Shown here: in pieces, positions 20,602 to 35,198 of the stretch
Layout of the letters: each line of letters begins with the position of its first letter
How positions within the stretch are numbered: position 1 is the first letter of the stretch
Assembly: GCA_965366625.1 (NCBI GenBank)
Contig: CBDUGP010000003.1
Location: forward strand, 50,549-114,548
Length of the DNA stretch: 64,000 nt
Origin: an uncultured bacterium
GTDB taxonomy: Bacteria > Acidobacteriota > Thermoanaerobaculia > Multivoradales > J023
Direction: 5' to 3'
Translations under genes and position numbers: made by a program
The notes under the pieces: model-generated
The model's database searches: none
The model's input: the letters and a program-made list of their open reading frames with translations, nothing else
What the model was told of the DNA's origin: nothing

Positions 20602-23600
20602 TTGCAGCCAGTCAACTTTTTCGAGAAGCCCCAGTCGTTGAAAGATTTCAACGCGATCCGGATCTCTGTCGCATCACCTGAAAAGATCGGTGCGTGGAGC
20701 TACGGTGAGGTAACGAAAGCAGAAACCATCAACTACCGCACCTTCAAACCGGAGCGGGACGGTCTCTTCTGCGCCAAAATTTTCGGTCCGATCACGGACT
20801 GGGAATGCTTGTGCGGAAAATACAAACGCATGAAACACCGCGGTGTGGTGTGCGACAAATGTGGAGTCGAGGTGACTCGCTCCAAAGTTCGCCGTGAGCG
20901 GATGGGTCACATCCAACTCGCCAGCCCGGTCTCCCATGTTTGGTTCTTCAAGGGCCTGCCGAGTCGCATCGGCCATTTGTTGGACCTCTCTCTGCGGGAC
21001 CTGGAGCGGATTCTCTACTTTGAAAGCTACGTCGTCATCGATCCCGGTGATACGGAGCTGAAAGAGAACGAGCTGCTCTCCGAAGAGCGTTATCGCGAGC
21101 TACGGGACGAGTACGGTGAGGATGCTTTCGAGGCTCGCATGGGCGCGGAGGCGATCAAAGATCTGCTGTCACGCATCGACCTTGACGAGCTGGCGGAAGA
21201 GCTACGTATCGTCATGAAAACCGATACGAGCCAGATCCGTCGCCTCAAGGCCGCCAAACGTCTTAAAGTAATCGACGCCTTCCGTCGCTCCGGTCATCGC
21301 CCGGAGTGGATGATCCTGGAAGTGATTCCGGTCATTCCGCCGGAGCTTCGGCCGTTGGTGCCTTTGGACGGTGGCCGTTTTGCCACTTCGGACTTGAACG
21401 ACCTATACCGACGGGTCATCAACCGAAACAATCGCTTGAAGAAACTGCTCGAGCTACGTGCGCCCGAAGTCATCGTGCGCAATGAGAAGCGCATGCTTCA
21501 AGAGGCGGTGGACGCGCTGTTCGACAATGGTCGTCGGGGCCGCGTGCTCAAGGGATCCAACAATCGACCTTTGAAATCGTTGTCCGACACCCTCAAGGGC
21601 AAGCAGGGGCGTTTCCGACAAAACCTGTTGGGCAAACGTGTCGATTACTCCGGTCGTTCCGTGATCGTCGTCGGTCCGGAGCTGCGCCTGAGCCAATGTG
21701 GTTTGCCCAAGAAGATGGCCCTGGAGCTGTTCAAACCGTTCATTTATAACCGTCTCGAGGATAAGGGTTTGGTGGGCACCATCAAGGCCGCTAAAGAGAT
21801 GGTTGAGCGAGAAGAAGACGCCGTTTGGGACGCCTTAGAAGAAGTGATTCAGGATCACCCGGTGTTGCTCAATCGCGCACCTACCCTGCATCGCCTCGGG
21901 ATTCAAGCGTTCCAGCCGACCCTGATCGAAGGTAAAGCGATTCAGATCCATCCGTTGGTTTGTGCGGCGTTCAACGCCGATTTCGACGGTGATCAGATGG
22001 CGGTCCACGTGCCGCTGTCGCCGAAGGCACAAATCGAATCCAAGATTCTAATGTTGGCTTCGAACAACCTTCTGTCACCGGCCAACGGCAAGCCGTTGGC
22101 GGTTCCCAGTCAAGATTTGGTCTTGGGTGGTTATTACCTAACCCTGGAAAAAACTGGATCCCTGGGCGAGGGCCGGCTCTTCCCGGACTTCGACTCGGTG
22201 CTTTTGGCGCTGCACGCCGAAGATGTCGAGACCCAGACTCGAATCAAGGTTCGCTACACGGGTGATCTGATCGATCTGACCAAGCAGTACAACGATCAAG
22301 ACGTAGTTCACGCCGAAATGGAAGACGTGCGCAACACCTTGATCGACACCACAGTCGGTCGCGTGATTTTCAATATGCAGCTGCCCGACGAGATGCCGTT
22401 CATCAACGGTTTGCTCAAGAAGAAGGGCTTGCAGAATTTGGTGAGCTACTCGTTCATCCGTTTCGGTAACGACAAGACCGTGACGATGCTCGACGAAATG
22501 AAGGAGATCTCCTTCTTCTACGCCACCAAGGCCGGTATTTCCATCGGCATTGACGACATGGTTGTGCCGTCGACGAAGATCGAGATTATCGACACCGCCC
22601 GTAACGAGGTGGTGGAGATCGAGAAGCAGCGCACCGCGGGTGTGATCACCGCCGGCGAGCGCCACAACAAAATCATCGATATCTGGCACCGTGTGACCGA
22701 GAACGTCTCCGAGGAAATGTTCAAGGAGATGTCGAGAGAAGAGCAAATCAGCAACGTCTTCAATCCGATTCGCGTGATGGCAGATTCGGGCGCCCGTGGC
22801 TCTCGTGAGCAGGTGCGCCAGTTGGCCGGTATGCGTGGTTTGATGTCGAAACCTTCTGGTGAGGTGATCGAAACGCCGATTACCTCCAATTTCCGCGAAG
22901 GCTTGACGGTGTTGCAGTACTTCATTTCCACCCATGGCGCTCGAAAGGGTTTGGCGGATACTGCGTTGAAAACCGCGGACTCCGGTTACTTGACCCGCCG
23001 CTTGGTGGACGTGGCCCAGGACGTGATCGTCTCTGAGGACGACTGTGGCACCATCGACGGTATTTACGTGTCGGCGATCATGGAGGGTGGAGACATTCTC
23101 GAGCCGTTGCGCGATCGCATCGTCGGTCGGGTGAGCCAGGAAGAGATCTACGATCCCATGACCGGAGAGCTACTCCTGGGTCTGGCCGAGGAGATCACCG
23201 TCGAGATGGGGGCGAAGGTCCAAGAGGCCGGCATCGAGCGGGTGAAAATCCGGTCGGTGCTCACCTGTGAGTCGCGCCGGGGCGTCTGCATCAAATGTTA
23301 CGGCCGCAACCTGGCCACTGGTAAGACGGTCGACATTGGTGAGGCTGTTGGCGTTATCGCTGCACAGTCGATCGGTGAGCCGGGAACCCAGCTGACCATG
23401 CGTACCTTCCACTATGGTGGTACCGCAAGCCGCGTCTCGGAGGAGTCGAAGCACGCTTCGCGCAATGCCGGTACGGTGAAGTTCATCAACGTGTCTACCG
23501 TCGATTCCAAAGACGGCGCCTTGGTGGTCGTCAACCGTAACGGCAAGATCGTGTTGATGGACCCCAAGGGTCGTGAACTCGAGCGCTACGCAGTGACTTA

Positions 23601-24786
23601 CGGCTCACATCTCCAAGTGCGGGAGGGGCAAGAGGTCGAGCCGGGCACCGAGTTGGTGATATGGGATCCCTTCACCTCTGCGGTTCTGACCGAAATCGCG
23701 GGTCAAGTGGAGTTTCAGGACATCGTCGAAGGCGAGAATGTCCGCGAGGAGACCGATAGGGTCACGGGTCTCTCCCAACGGATCATCGTTGAGGCGTCGG
23801 CAAACGAGAAACGTGCACCTGCAATCGTCATCAAAGGCGACGGCACGGAGCGACGTTATTTGCTTCCGTCTGGCTCCCACTTGGTGGTCGGAGACGGGCA
23901 AAAGGTTTACCCCGGCGACACGCTGGTCAAGATCCCGCGCGAAACCACGAAAACCAAGGACATCACGGGTGGTTTGCCTCGGGTGGTCGAGCTGTTTGAA
24001 GCACGTACACCAAAAGAGCCGGCGATCATTTCCGAGATCGACGGCACGGTGCGATTGGGCGACATTCACAAAGGCATGCGTAAAGTGCTGGTGGAGTCGG
24101 ATCACAACGAGGTTCGGGAATACCTGGTTCCACGCTATATCCATGTCAACGTGCAAGACGGCGAGCGAGTGCGAGCCGGCGAGCCGTTGATCGACGGTCC
24201 GATCAACCCGCACGATGTTCTGACCGTGCTGGGCGAGAAGGAGCTGCAGCGATACTTGGTCGACAAGATTCAAGAGGTCTATCGCTCCCAATCGGTGGCC
24301 ATCAACGACAAGCACATCGAGGTGATCGTTCGCCAAATGATGCGCTCGGTGAAAATCGAGGAAGTGGGAGATACCAACTTTCTTATCGACGAGCAGGTGG
24401 ATCGGTTCCGCTTCCAAGAAGAGAACGAACGTGTGGTGGTCGCCGGCGGACGCCCGGCCATCGGACGCCCGCTGCTCTTGGGTATTACGAAGGCGTCGCT
24501 GTCGACCGACAGCTTCATCTCCGCGGCTTCCTTCCAGGAAACCACTAGGGTGCTCACCGAAGCTGCGATCAGCGGTAAGGTGGACTACCTGCGTGGTCTG
24601 AAGGAAAATGTGATTGTCGGCCGATTGATCCCAGCTGGAACGGGTCTGCACCACTACCATGATTTCCACATGGAAGAAGAGACGTACCAGGACGACAACC
24701 TGAACGAGGACGAGGAGCTTTACCTCCAATTCCGCGAGGAAGACATCAGGTCGTTGCCGGCCGGCGCTACCGCTAGTAAAGACTGA
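20602..24786 (+). CDS. rpoC: DNA-directed RNA polymerase subunit beta'
   Basis: 1394-aa RpoC; TTG start at 20602 with AAGGAGG RBS 5 nt upstream; canonical Zn-binding [20 protein letters not shown] and NADFDGD catalytic motif. Confidence 0.95.
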   Translation: MQPVNFFEKPQSLKDFNAIRISVASPEKIGAWSYGEVTKAETINYRTFKPERDGLFCAKIFGPITDWECLCGKYKRMKHRGVVCDKCGVEVTRSKVRRERMGHIQLASPVSHVWFFKGLPSRIGHLLDLSLRDLERILYFESYVVIDPGDTELKENELLSEERYRELRDEYGEDAFEARMGAEAIKDLLSRIDLDELAEELRIVMKTDTSQIRRLKAAKRLKVIDAFRRSGHRPEWMILEVIPVIPPELRPLVPLDGGRFATSDLNDLYRRVINRNNRLKKLLELRAPEVIVRNEKRMLQEAVDALFDNGRRGRVLKGSNNRPLKSLSDTLKGKQGRFRQNLLGKRVDYSGRSVIVVGPELRLSQCGLPKKMALELFKPFIYNRLEDKGLVGTIKAAKEMVEREEDAVWDALEEVIQDHPVLLNRAPTLHRLGIQAFQPTLIEGKAIQIHPLVCAAFNADFDGDQMAVHVPLSPKAQIESKILMLASNNLLSPANGKPLAVPSQDLVLGGYYLTLEKTGSLGEGRLFPDFDSVLLALHAEDVETQTRIKVRYTGDLIDLTKQYNDQDVVHAEMEDVRNTLIDTTVGRVIFNMQLPDEMPFINGLLKKKGLQNLVSYSFIRFGNDKTVTMLDEMKEISFFYATKAGISIGIDDMVVPSTKIEIIDTARNEVVEIEKQRTAGVITAGERHNKIIDIWHRVTENVSEEMFKEMSREEQISNVFNPIRVMADSGARGSREQVRQLAGMRGLMSKPSGEVIETPITSNFREGLTVLQYFISTHGARKGLADTALKTADSGYLTRRLVDVAQDVIVSEDDCGTIDGIYVSAIMEGGDILEPLRDRIVGRVSQEEIYDPMTGELLLGLAEEITVEMGAKVQEAGIERVKIRSVLTCESRRGVCIKCYGRNLATGKTVDIGEAVGVIAAQSIGEPGTQLTMRTFHYGGTASRVSEESKHASRNAGTVKFINVSTVDSKDGALVVVNRNGKIVLMDPKGRELERYAVTYGSHLQVREGQEVEPGTELVIWDPFTSAVLTEIAGQVEFQDIVEGENVREETDRVTGLSQRIIVEASANEKRAPAIVIKGDGTERRYLLPSGSHLVVGDGQKVYPGDTLVKIPRETTKTKDITGGLPRVVELFEARTPKEPAIISEIDGTVRLGDIHKGMRKVLVESDHNEVREYLVPRYIHVNVQDGERVRAGEPLIDGPINPHDVLTVLGEKELQRYLVDKIQEVYRSQSVAINDKHIEVIVRQMMRSVKIEEVGDTNFLIDEQVDRFRFQEENERVVVAGGRPAIGRPLLLGITKASLSTDSFISAASFQETTRVLTEAAISGKVDYLRGLKENVIVGRLIPAGTGLHHYHDFHMEEETYQDDNLNEDEELYLQFREEDIRSLPAGATASKD

Positions 24787-24837
24787 AGACCGGGCCAAGC
24801 CCCACGGCGTCACTCTCTGAGTCACACCGGGGGTTTC

Positions 24838-24883
24838 GGCAAGAAAAAACCCGCTGCTGTGAGGCAGCGGGTTTTTTCTTGCC
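24838..24883. terminator. bidirectional rho-independent terminator (20-bp perfect stem)
   Basis: GGCAAGAAAAAACCCGCTGC-tgtgag-GCAGCGGGTTTTTTCTTGCC; A-run/T-run flanks give U-tracts on both strands; lies between convergent rpoC and the minus-strand orphan gene. Confidence 0.85.
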
Positions 24884-24972
24884 CGGATGAGTGGGCTATG
24901 AGGTCGGCGAGATTCCGTTGAGGCAATCGAATCGAATCAGAGGCCGCCCAGGAGCGCCGTCGGCGGCAATCG

Positions 24973-25332
24973 TCAATGGACGGTACCTGGAGAATGCTGA
25001 GAAGGGTCTTCCTCGAAGCCGTGGGTCATGACGAAGGCATAGGCGGCAAATCGTTCGGTGGGTCCTTCCGCGATGGCCTCGAAGACGTGCTCACCCTCGC
25101 GCTCTTCGCCCAAGTCCTGCACGTAGGAAATATGTTCCGGCGAGATCAAAAGCTCGGCCATCATCCTCTTGCCCTTGAGCATTTGAGCTACCAGGTCCTC
25201 TTGAGCGGGACCGATATACCAATGGCAATCGTCATCGTCGTAAACTGCAGCGTCCGGCGTAGATACACGGACAATGCAATTCGGATGCAGCTGGAGCCAA
25301 GCCCAGAATTGGTCGAAAGGGATCGTCGTCAT
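24973..25332 (-). CDS. hypothetical protein (119 aa, acidic, no recognisable domain)
   Basis: clean ORF antisense to the ribosomal superoperon, inserted between rpoC terminator and rpsL promoter. Confidence 0.45.
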   Translation of the reverse strand: MTTIPFDQFWAWLQLHPNCIVRVSTPDAAVYDDDDCHWYIGPAQEDLVAQMLKGKRMMAELLISPEHISYVQDLGEEREGEHVFEAIAEGPTERFAAYAFVMTHGFEEDPSQHSPGTVH

Positions 25333-25570
25333 GGATCGAACCTACCAAGGTCCGGCCCGCAGGAAAACCCCCTTAGCCAATTGGTCCGATGGTTAGGCTG
25401 ACAGGCCGATGCCTGCGAAAGACAGAAAACCTCAGAAAACCTCCTCGAAAGCCTTGGCAGAACCGGGTGGTTCGGTTACCATACGGATCTCACAGCGGCG
25501 CCCTCTGCGCCGTAAGAAAAAACGAGATCGTCACCTCAAATCGATGCAAAGTCGGTTTTGAGAAAAAAGC

Positions 25571-25599
25571 TTGACGCAATTTTCGCGCTTTGCTACGAT
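25571..25599 (+). promoter_or_regulatory. sigma70-type promoter of str operon (TTGACG-N17-TACGAT) with A/T-rich UP-like region
   Basis: strong -35/-10 with 17-nt spacer, preceded by A-rich tract; ~200-nt leader to rpsL ATG. Confidence 0.55.
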
Positions 25600-25798
25600 C
25601 CCGCTTCCGCGGCGAGACCGGTAGGTTCAGTCGAGAGAAGTCCTCTCGATGATGGCCAAGACTGACCCCCAGTTCAGCCCTGACATAGAATTCTCAGTCT
25701 GCATGGTGCATCCCTTTTGGGTAATGCCCGTGAATAACGGACTGGTCCCAGACTCTGACGCTCGGCATTGATGCGCGAGCTACTAGGAGAGTGGTGGA

Positions 25799-26173
25799 AT
25801 GCCGACGATTCATCAGCTGGTGCGCAAAGGGCGCGTCCGCCAAAAGGCGAAGACTAAGAGTCCAGCCCTCCAGTCCTGTCCGCAGCGACGTGGTGTTTGC
25901 GTTCGCGTATACACGCAGACGCCCAAGAAGCCGAATTCGGCTCTGCGCAAAGTTGCCCGTGTGCGTCTGACCAACGGAATTGAGGTCACAACCTACATTC
26001 CCGGTGTCGGGCACAACCTTCAAGAGCACTCGATCGTTTTGGTCCGAGGTGGTCGTGTGAAGGATCTTCCGGGTGTTCGTTACCACGTGGTTCGTGGCAC
26101 CCTAGACGCAGTAGGCGTCGACGGTCGCCGTCAAGGACGCTCCAAATACGGGGCCAAGCGGCCCAAGGGCTGA
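25799..26173 (+). CDS. rpsL: 30S ribosomal protein S12
   Basis: [12 protein letters not shown] ... [19 protein letters not shown] signature. Confidence 0.95.
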   Translation: MPTIHQLVRKGRVRQKAKTKSPALQSCPQRRGVCVRVYTQTPKKPNSALRKVARVRLTNGIEVTTYIPGVGHNLQEHSIVLVRGGRVKDLPGVRYHVVRGTLDAVGVDGRRQGRSKYGAKRPKG

Positions 26174-26212
26174 TGCCCAAGATTGATAACGAGCTCGAAA
26201 GGCGAATGACAG

Positions 26213-26683
26213 ATGCCAAGGCGCCGTGAAGTTCCGAAGCGGGATATTCTTCCCGATCCGCTCTACAATTCTCAGTTGGTCACCAAGTTCGTCAATGTCG
26301 TCATGAGTGACGGCAAGAAGTCCGTGGCTGAGCAACTCCTTTACCGGGCTCTGAGAACGATTGAAGAGCGCACTCAAGAAGATCCGATGAAAGTTTTCAA
26401 GAAGGCAGTTGACAACGTCAAGCCCCAGGTCGAAGTTAAATCTCGACGTGTTGGTGGCTCGACCTATCAGGTGCCGATCGAAGTTCGGCCCTCCAGGCGT
26501 TTGGCTTTGTCCATGCGCTGGTTGATCGCCTCGGCCAAGGCCAGGGGTGAGAAGACCATGGATGTCCGCCTGGCGAACGAATTCATGGACGCAGCGCAGA
26601 ATCGCGGTAACGCCATGAAGAAGAAAGACGATACCCACCGAATGGCAGAGGCCAATAAAGCCTTCTCCCACTATCGCTGGTGA
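26213..26683 (+). CDS. rpsG: 30S ribosomal protein S7
   Basis: 156-aa S7 ([20 protein letters not shown]...). Confidence 0.93.
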   Translation: MPRRREVPKRDILPDPLYNSQLVTKFVNVVMSDGKKSVAEQLLYRALRTIEERTQEDPMKVFKKAVDNVKPQVEVKSRRVGGSTYQVPIEVRPSRRLALSMRWLIASAKARGEKTMDVRLANEFMDAAQNRGNAMKKKDDTHRMAEANKAFSHYRW

Positions 26684-26819
26684 GCCCAGTTCTTTAGCTT
26701 TAGCAACGCTCTTAATAGCGTTTCAAAATAGACGGCAGCCGCAGAGCGGTAGAAAGCTGTCAGCGGATTCCCCCTGAGCCGATAGATTGCCGGGATGGAT
26801 TCCGCACGGAGCACGAGTC

Positions 26820-28895
<2,076 letters not shown>

Positions 28896-28943
28896 CGGAG
28901 TTAACAATTTCCTAGGATTTCCAACGATTCCTCGGAGGAAGAG

Positions 28944-30128
28944 ATGGCAAAAGAAAAGTTCGAGCGGAATAAACCGCACGTCAACATTGGCACCATTGGT
29001 CACGTCGACCACGGAAAGACTACCCTGACCGCCGCGATCACCAAGGTGCTCGCAGACAAAGGTCTGGCTGACTTCACCGCGTTCGACAACATCGATAAGG
29101 CGCCGGAAGAGCGCGAGCGTGGAATCACGATCGCTACGGCTCACGTAGAGTACGAGACGGAAAATCGTCACTATGCTCACGTGGACTGTCCGGGTCACGC
29201 CGATTACGTGAAAAATATGATCACCGGTGCCGCCCAAATGGACGGCGCGATCTTGGTGGTCTCGGCTGCGGACGGTCCTATGCCGCAGACCCGTGAGCAC
29301 ATCTTGCTGGCCCGCCAAGTGGGCGTTCCGGCGTTGGTTGTGTTCATGAACAAATGCGACATGGTCGACGATGAGGAGTTGTTGGAGCTGGTGGAGATGG
29401 AGCTGCGTGAGCTGCTGTCGTCTTACGAGTATCCCGGCGACGATATCCCGGTGATTCGCGGCTCGGCGCTCAACGCGCTGAACGGCGAGGGTGATTGGGA
29501 CAACAACATCATGGAACTCATGGGTGCAGTCGACGACTACATTCCAGAGCCCGAGCGTGTGTTGGATCAAGACTTCCTGATGCCGATCGAGGATATCTTC
29601 TCGATTCAGGGTCGCGGTACGGTAGTTACGGGTCGCATCGAACGCGGCATCGTCAAGGTCGGTGAGACGGTCGAAATCGTTGGAATCCGCGACACGACGA
29701 AAACTACCGTGACCGGCGTCGAGATGTTCCGCAAGTTGCTGGACGAGGGTCGCGCAGGCGACAATGTCGGCATCTTGCTGCGTGGCACGAAGAAAGACGA
29801 CGTGGAACGTGGGCAAGTGCTCGCGAAGCCGGGTTCGATCAATCCTCACACGAAGTTCAAGGGCGAGGTGTACGTGCTGACGAAGGAGGAGGGTGGTCGA
29901 CACACTCCGTTCTTCAACGGTTATCGTCCTCAGTTCTACTTCCGTACGACGGATGTGACGGGTTCTTCGGCTCTGCCCGAAGGCACCGAGATGGTGATGC
30001 CCGGGGACAACGTAAATATGTCGGTGGAGCTGATCGCTCCTATCGCCATGGAGAAGGGTGTTCGCTTCGCGATCCGCGAAGGTGGCCGCACGATTGGTGC
30101 GGGCACTGTGACCGAGATCGTTGAGTGA
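28944..30128 (+). CDS. tuf: elongation factor Tu (copy 2)
   Basis: 394-aa protein identical to copy 1; nucleotide sequence diverged at synonymous sites in first ~380 and last ~240 nt, identical in the central 563 nt. Confidence 0.95.
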   Translation: MAKEKFERNKPHVNIGTIGHVDHGKTTLTAAITKVLADKGLADFTAFDNIDKAPEERERGITIATAHVEYETENRHYAHVDCPGHADYVKNMITGAAQMDGAILVVSAADGPMPQTREHILLARQVGVPALVVFMNKCDMVDDEELLELVEMELRELLSSYEYPGDDIPVIRGSALNALNGEGDWDNNIMELMGAVDDYIPEPERVLDQDFLMPIEDIFSIQGRGTVVTGRIERGIVKVGETVEIVGIRDTTKTTVTGVEMFRKLLDEGRAGDNVGILLRGTKKDDVERGQVLAKPGSINPHTKFKGEVYVLTKEEGGRHTPFFNGYRPQFYFRTTDVTGSSALPEGTEMVMPGDNVNMSVELIAPIAMEKGVRFAIREGGRTIGAGTVTEIVE

Positions 30129-30169
30129 TCAGCCGAAAGACGTAGGCCCGAGGGCAAGAAGGAAGCACG

Positions 30170-30478
30170 ATGGTCAACGAGAAGATCCGTATCCGGCTCA
30201 AAGCCTTCGATTACCGAATCTTGGATACTTCGGCGAATGAGATTGTCGACACGGCTCGACGCACTGGTGCAAAAGTGGTGGGTCCTATTCCGCTGCCGAC
30301 GCACATCTCTCGCTACACCGTGAATCGCTCGCCGCATGTAGACAAGAAGTCGCGAGAGCAATTCGAAATCCGCACCCACAAACGCCTGCTCGACATCTAC
30401 GAGTCCACCAGCCACACGGTTGATGCACTCATGAAACTCGAGCTTCCGGCTGGAGTGGACGTGGAGATCAAGCTCTGA
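30170..30478 (+). CDS. rpsJ: 30S ribosomal protein S10
   Basis: [29 protein letters not shown] signature. Confidence 0.95.
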   Translation: MVNEKIRIRLKAFDYRILDTSANEIVDTARRTGAKVVGPIPLPTHISRYTVNRSPHVDKKSREQFEIRTHKRLLDIYESTSHTVDALMKLELPAGVDVEIKL

Positions 30479-30498
30479 AGCCCAGGGGGAATGAGCCG

Positions 30499-31128
30499 AT
30501 GAAAGGCATCCTCGGTAAGAAAGTTGGAATGACCCAAATCTTCGCGGACGACGGAAGAGTCGTCCCGGTGACGGTGGTCAAAGCAGGCCCTTGTTTGGTG
30601 GTTCAACGTAAGACCAGCGATAGTGACGGCTACGACGCCGTTCAGCTGGGATTGGTTGAAGACGCCGGACCCAAGAAGGTCACAAAAGCTATGCGTGGAC
30701 ATTTCGATAAGGCGGCAGTGTCGCCGATGCGAGAGATCGTCGAGTTTCAGGTGGAAGGCGACGACCCCGCGCAGCCTGGAGATCAAGTGAAAGCTTCGAT
30801 CTTTGAAGAGAACGACTACGTAGATGTAGTCGGTACCTCAAAAGGCAAGGGCTTTCAGGGTGTGATCAAGCGCCACGGCTTTGGTGGTGGCCGCGCGACA
30901 CACGGTTCGATGTTTAAAAGAGCGCCGGGCTCTATCGGACAATCCGCTTATCCGTCTCGCGTGTTCCCTGGAGTTAAGCTTCCGGGGCGCATGGGCGGCA
31001 AGCGGATCACAGTGAAGAACCTCCAGGTCGTCAAGGTCGACGATGAGGAGAACCTCATCTACCTGCGCGGTGCCATTCCGGGCGCTCGTAACAGCTACGT
31101 CACCCTAAAACCGGCGAAGCGGGGCTGA
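30499..31128 (+). CDS. rplC: 50S ribosomal protein L3
   Basis: [15 protein letters not shown] ... L3 family. Confidence 0.93.
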   Translation: MKGILGKKVGMTQIFADDGRVVPVTVVKAGPCLVVQRKTSDSDGYDAVQLGLVEDAGPKKVTKAMRGHFDKAAVSPMREIVEFQVEGDDPAQPGDQVKASIFEENDYVDVVGTSKGKGFQGVIKRHGFGGGRATHGSMFKRAPGSIGQSAYPSRVFPGVKLPGRMGGKRITVKNLQVVKVDDEENLIYLRGAIPGARNSYVTLKPAKRG

Positions 31129-31142
31129 AGGGGTTCATAAAC

Positions 31143-31766
31143 ATGAAGATCACAGTTAAAAACCTCACCGGCACGGATGTGCGCGAGATCGAGGTGGCCG
31201 ACGATGTCTTCGCTTACCCGTACAAAGAGCATTTGATCCACCTCGCGGTCAAATCCTACCTTGCAGCAAAGCGGGCAGGCACCCATAAGACTAAGACCCG
31301 GGCTGAAGTTCGGGGTTCCGGCAAGAAGCTTTGGCGGCAGAAAGGCACTGGACGCGCTCGTATGGGCAGTGTGCGGAGCCCGATCTGGCGCAAAGGTGGA
31401 GTCGTCCACGGCCCTCAGCCTCGTTCGTATCAGGACAAGCTTTCAGTGCGTGAAAAAAAGAATGCGCTGAAGTCTGCCCTGTCTCGAAAGCTGGCGGACG
31501 AACAGATCACCGTGGTTGAGAGCTTGGACATCGACAGCCCGAAGACGAAGGCCTTGGTCGGCGCTCTGAATGGCTTGGGTGTTGAGCGTAAGGCACTCCT
31601 TGTGGACTCTCGCGAAAACGAGAATCTGCAGCTGGCGTCACGCAACAATCCGAAGCTCAAGGCGGTTGACGCTCTGGCGCTCAACGTCTACGACGTCGTA
31701 GATCGGGACCGAGTGATCCTCTCCGAAGCGGCTTTGAACCGTATTCTGGAGGTCCTGGCGTCATGA
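31143..31766 (+). CDS. rplD: 50S ribosomal protein L4
   Basis: 207-aa L4 family, S10-operon position. Confidence 0.9.
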   Translation: MKITVKNLTGTDVREIEVADDVFAYPYKEHLIHLAVKSYLAAKRAGTHKTKTRAEVRGSGKKLWRQKGTGRARMGSVRSPIWRKGGVVHGPQPRSYQDKLSVREKKNALKSALSRKLADEQITVVESLDIDSPKTKALVGALNGLGVERKALLVDSRENENLQLASRNNPKLKAVDALALNVYDVVDRDRVILSEAALNRILEVLAS

Positions 31767-32053
31767 GAATCCAAGACGTGATCCGGCGACCGCTGATCAC
31801 CGAGAAGGCGACCATCCAGCGTGAGTTGGCTGATACCTACGCCTTCGAGGTGGCCCGCGACGCCAACAAAATTCAGGTCAAAAAAGCTGTCGAAGCTCAA
31901 TTCGGCGTCAAAGTGGCCGAAGTTCGGGTCGCGGTGATGCACGGGAAAGAGCGCCGTCAAGGTCGCTTCTTCGGTCGCCGACCCGATTGGAAGAAAGCGT
32001 ACGTACGGCTGAAAGACGGCGAGAAACCGATCGAGTTCTTTGAGGGCGTTTGA
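31763..32053 (+). CDS. rplW: 50S ribosomal protein L23
   Basis: 96-aa L23, overlaps rplD stop. Confidence 0.9.
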   Translation: MRIQDVIRRPLITEKATIQRELADTYAFEVARDANKIQVKKAVEAQFGVKVAEVRVAVMHGKERRQGRFFGRRPDWKKAYVRLKDGEKPIEFFEGV

Positions 32054-32089
32054 GCCCTAGGCTGAGCCGGATATCGAGGAAAGAGCGAC

Positions 32090-32923
32090 ATGGCAATCAA
32101 AAAATATCGTCCGACTAGCCCGGGCACCCGTTTTCGGACGGGATCGACCTTCGAAGAGCTGACTCCGGGAAAAAAACCCGAGCGGAAGCTCACCAAGGGC
32201 AAAAAGCGGATCGGCGGCCGAAACAATTCGGGCCAGACCACCATCTGGTTCCGAGGCGGTGGGCACAAGCGGCGATACCGGACCGTCGACTTCAGACGTC
32301 ACGACAAAGTCGGCGTGCCGGCCAAAGTTGCGGCTGTGGAGTACGATCCAAACCGGTCCGCTAGGCTCGCGCTGCTTCACTATGCAGATGGTGAGAAGCG
32401 TTACATTCTTTGGCCTGCCAAAGTGCAAGTCGGGAACACGGTCGTCGCCGGTCCGGATTCTGAAATCAATCCCGGTAATGCCCTGCCCTTGCGCAACATT
32501 CCTCTGGGTACTCTCGTCCACAACATCGAACTCAAAATCGGTAAAGGTGGGCAGATGGTTCGCAGTGGCGGAACGTCGGCGCAGCTGATGGCGAAAGACG
32601 GCGACTACGCCCAGATCAAGCTCCCTTCCGGCGAGGTTCGCAAGGTGCATCTGAATTGTTACGCCACCATTGGTGAGTTGGGCAATTCCGAGCACGCTGG
32701 TGTCTCCGGCGGTAAGGCCGGACGTAGCCGGTGGAAGGGCCGTCGTCCCCACAACCGTGGTGTGACGATGAATCCCGTGGATCACCCAATGGGTGGTGGT
32801 GAGGGCCGGTCTTCCGGTGGTCGCCACCCTTGTACTCCCTGGGGTGTTCCGACGAAGGGCTACAAAACTCGTAACAACAAGCGCACGGACGACATGATCG
32901 TACGGCGTCGTAACCGGAAATAA
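32090..32923 (+). CDS. rplB: 50S ribosomal protein L2
   Basis: 277-aa L2 ([15 protein letters not shown] ... GGGEGR ...). Confidence 0.95.
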   Translation: MAIKKYRPTSPGTRFRTGSTFEELTPGKKPERKLTKGKKRIGGRNNSGQTTIWFRGGGHKRRYRTVDFRRHDKVGVPAKVAAVEYDPNRSARLALLHYADGEKRYILWPAKVQVGNTVVAGPDSEINPGNALPLRNIPLGTLVHNIELKIGKGGQMVRSGGTSAQLMAKDGDYAQIKLPSGEVRKVHLNCYATIGELGNSEHAGVSGGKAGRSRWKGRRPHNRGVTMNPVDHPMGGGEGRSSGGRHPCTPWGVPTKGYKTRNNKRTDDMIVRRRNRK

Positions 32924-32937
32924 GGGGCGGATCTGTC

Positions 32938-33222
32938 ATGGCAAGGTCGCTCAAAAAAGGGTTCTTCGTTGATCCTTCGTTGTCGAAGAAGATCGATGCG
33001 ATGAACGAGTCGGGCCAAAAGCGCGTGATCAAGACCTGGTCGCGCCGGTCCACGATCACCCCCGACATGGTGGGTCACACCCTGGCGGTCCACAACGGAA
33101 TCAAATTTATTCCGGTTTATGTCAGCGAGAACATGGTCGGGCACAAGCTCGGTGAGTTCGCGATGACCCGGACCTTCCGCGGTCACTCCGGTAAAAAAGA
33201 GAAGATGGCGGGGAGGAGGTAA
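32938..33222 (+). CDS. rpsS: 30S ribosomal protein S19
   Basis: [12 protein letters not shown] ... HNG signature. Confidence 0.95.
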   Translation: MARSLKKGFFVDPSLSKKIDAMNESGQKRVIKTWSRRSTITPDMVGHTLAVHNGIKFIPVYVSENMVGHKLGEFAMTRTFRGHSGKKEKMAGRR

Positions 33223-33225
33223 GTC

Positions 33226-33591
33226 ATGGAATATATGGCCAGACTCCGCCACCTTCAGTCATCCCCGCAAAAAGTTCGGCTGGTTGCCGACCTGATCCGC
33301 GGCAAGGATGTGGAAGAGGCGGCGATCATCCTGAAACTTACTAAGAAGCGCGCCGCGGGGCCCCTTGAAAAGCTCTTGAAGTCCGCCGTAGCCAACGCCG
33401 AAAATCGCGACGAAAACGTGGACGTGGAAGATCTCTACGTCAAAGAAGTCTTCGTTGATGGGGGCCCGGCGATGAAACGCATCTGGTTCACCACGATGGG
33501 GCGCGCCTACCGCAAGCTCAAACGCCAAAGCCATGTGACGATCAAATTAGACACCCGGCCCGAGGGTGATGATCGCGGCAGGAGGAACTGA
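33226..33591 (+). CDS. rplV: 50S ribosomal protein L22
   Basis: [22 protein letters not shown] signature. Confidence 0.92.
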   Translation: MEYMARLRHLQSSPQKVRLVADLIRGKDVEEAAIILKLTKKRAAGPLEKLLKSAVANAENRDENVDVEDLYVKEVFVDGGPAMKRIWFTTMGRAYRKLKRQSHVTIKLDTRPEGDDRGRRN

Positions 33592-33593
33592 TC

Positions 33594-34241
33594 GTGGGAC
33601 AGAAGACTCATCCCTATGGCTTCAGGTTGGCCTACAACAAGACCTGGCATTCTCGCTGGTACGCCGACCAGGATTATGCAAAAACTTTGCACCAAGATTT
33701 GAAGCTAAGGGCCAGCTTGAAAAAGCGTTTGTCTCACGCTGGTGTGAGTGAGATCGACATCGAGCGGGCGGCAGATCGCCTGCGCGTAACGATCTACACC
33801 TCTCGCCCTGGCATCATCATCGGCCGGAAAGGCGCTGAAGTCGACAGACTTCGCGACGATCTCCGCAAGATGACCGGACGCGAGGTGCACATCAATATCC
33901 AAGAGATCCAGCGCCCGGAACTCGATGCCCAATTGGTAGCGGCCAATATCGCTGGACAGCTGATTCGCCGAGTTTCATTCCGTCGCGCCATGAAGAAGGC
34001 GATGGAATCGGCGTTTCGCTTCGGAGCTAAAGGCATCAAGATTATGGTCTCAGGCCGCCTCGGCGGAGCAGAGATTGCGCGAACGGAGTGGTATCAGGAA
34101 GGCCGTCTACCGCTACACACGCTGAAAGCCGACATCGATTACGGATTCGCAGAGGCCGGCACCACCTATGGCGTCATCGGCGTCAAGGTCTGGGTCTATA
34201 AAGGTGATCTGCTGAAGGAAAAAGCCCGCCGCGCGGGTTGA
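33594..34241 (+). CDS. rpsC: 30S ribosomal protein S3
   Basis: GTG start with AGGAGGA RBS; [24 protein letters not shown]-domain S3. Confidence 0.95.
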   Translation: MGQKTHPYGFRLAYNKTWHSRWYADQDYAKTLHQDLKLRASLKKRLSHAGVSEIDIERAADRLRVTIYTSRPGIIIGRKGAEVDRLRDDLRKMTGREVHINIQEIQRPELDAQLVAANIAGQLIRRVSFRRAMKKAMESAFRFGAKGIKIMVSGRLGGAEIARTEWYQEGRLPLHTLKADIDYGFAEAGTTYGVIGVKVWVYKGDLLKEKARRAG

Positions 34242-34256
34242 TAGAGGGCAAACACC

Positions 34257-34676
34257 ATGTTGATGCCAAAAAAGGTCAAGTATCGCAAGCGCCATCGTGG
34301 GCGCATGCGGGGTCGAGCCAAGGGTGGAGACCGAATTACATTCGGTGATTACGCCCTTCAGGCCCTTGAGCCGGGTTGGATCACTTCGCGGCAGATCGAA
34401 GCCGCCCGTATCGCGATCACCCGTCACATCAAGCGTCAGGGAAAAGTGTGGATTCGCATTTTCCCAGACAAGCCGATCACCAAGAAACCTCTCGAAACCC
34501 GTATGGGTAAGGGTAAAGGTAGCCCGGAAGGTTGGGTCGCGGTGGTGAAACCGGGACGAATCCTCTACGAGCTTGAGGGTGTCGGACACGAGCTCGGTAA
34601 GGAAGCGATGCGGTTGGCCTCTCACAAGTTGCCGATCAAAGTGAAATTCATTGCCCGGCACGAGCCGCAGGATTAG
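34257..34676 (+). CDS. rplP: 50S ribosomal protein L16
   Basis: [19 protein letters not shown] signature. Confidence 0.95.
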   Translation: MLMPKKVKYRKRHRGRMRGRAKGGDRITFGDYALQALEPGWITSRQIEAARIAITRHIKRQGKVWIRIFPDKPITKKPLETRMGKGKGSPEGWVAVVKPGRILYELEGVGHELGKEAMRLASHKLPIKVKFIARHEPQD

Positions 34677-34687
34677 GAGCACGCATC

Positions 34688-34879
34688 ATGAAGGCGTCCG
34701 AGTTGAGAGAGCTCACAGTTGAAGAACTGGGCGGTCGGGAAGCCGAGTTGTCCCAGCAGCTGTTCAACCTGCGGCTACAGCAGGTAACACAGGGTCAGCT
34801 CGACAACCCGGCCAAGATGCGAGAGGCCCGAAGAGACCGGGCTCGCGTTCTGACCGTACTGCGTGAGAAGCAGGGTTGA
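34688..34879 (+). CDS. rpmC: 50S ribosomal protein L29
   Basis: 63-aa MKASELRELTVEEL ... L29. Confidence 0.9.
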   Translation: MKASELRELTVEELGGREAELSQQLFNLRLQQVTQGQLDNPAKMREARRDRARVLTVLREKQG

Positions 34880-34910
34880 AGCCTGACGGCTCACACGGGA
34901 GTAAGTCGAG

Positions 34911-35183
34911 ATGACGGACAATATTCAGACGGAACGAAGTCGCAGGCAGGTTCTTTCGGGAACCGTGGTCAGCGACAAGATGGACAAGACCGTCACCATC
35001 AAGGTGGAACGGACGGTCATGCACCCGCTTTACAAGCGGTTCATGAAGAAGTCGCAGAAGTACGTGGCCCACGATGAAACCAATGATTGCAATATTGGTG
35101 ATCGCGTGGTGATCACAGCCTGCCGGCCCCTTTCGAGGAGCAAGCGTTGGCGGGTGACCGAAATTGTCGAACGTGCTACCTAA
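34911..35183 (+). CDS. rpsQ: 30S ribosomal protein S17
   Basis: 90-aa S17 (GTVVSDKMDKTVTIKVER ...). Confidence 0.92.
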   Translation: MTDNIQTERSRRQVLSGTVVSDKMDKTVTIKVERTVMHPLYKRFMKKSQKYVAHDETNDCNIGDRVVITACRPLSRSKRWRVTEIVERAT

Positions 35184-35198
35184 GGGAGGGAGTGAGCC

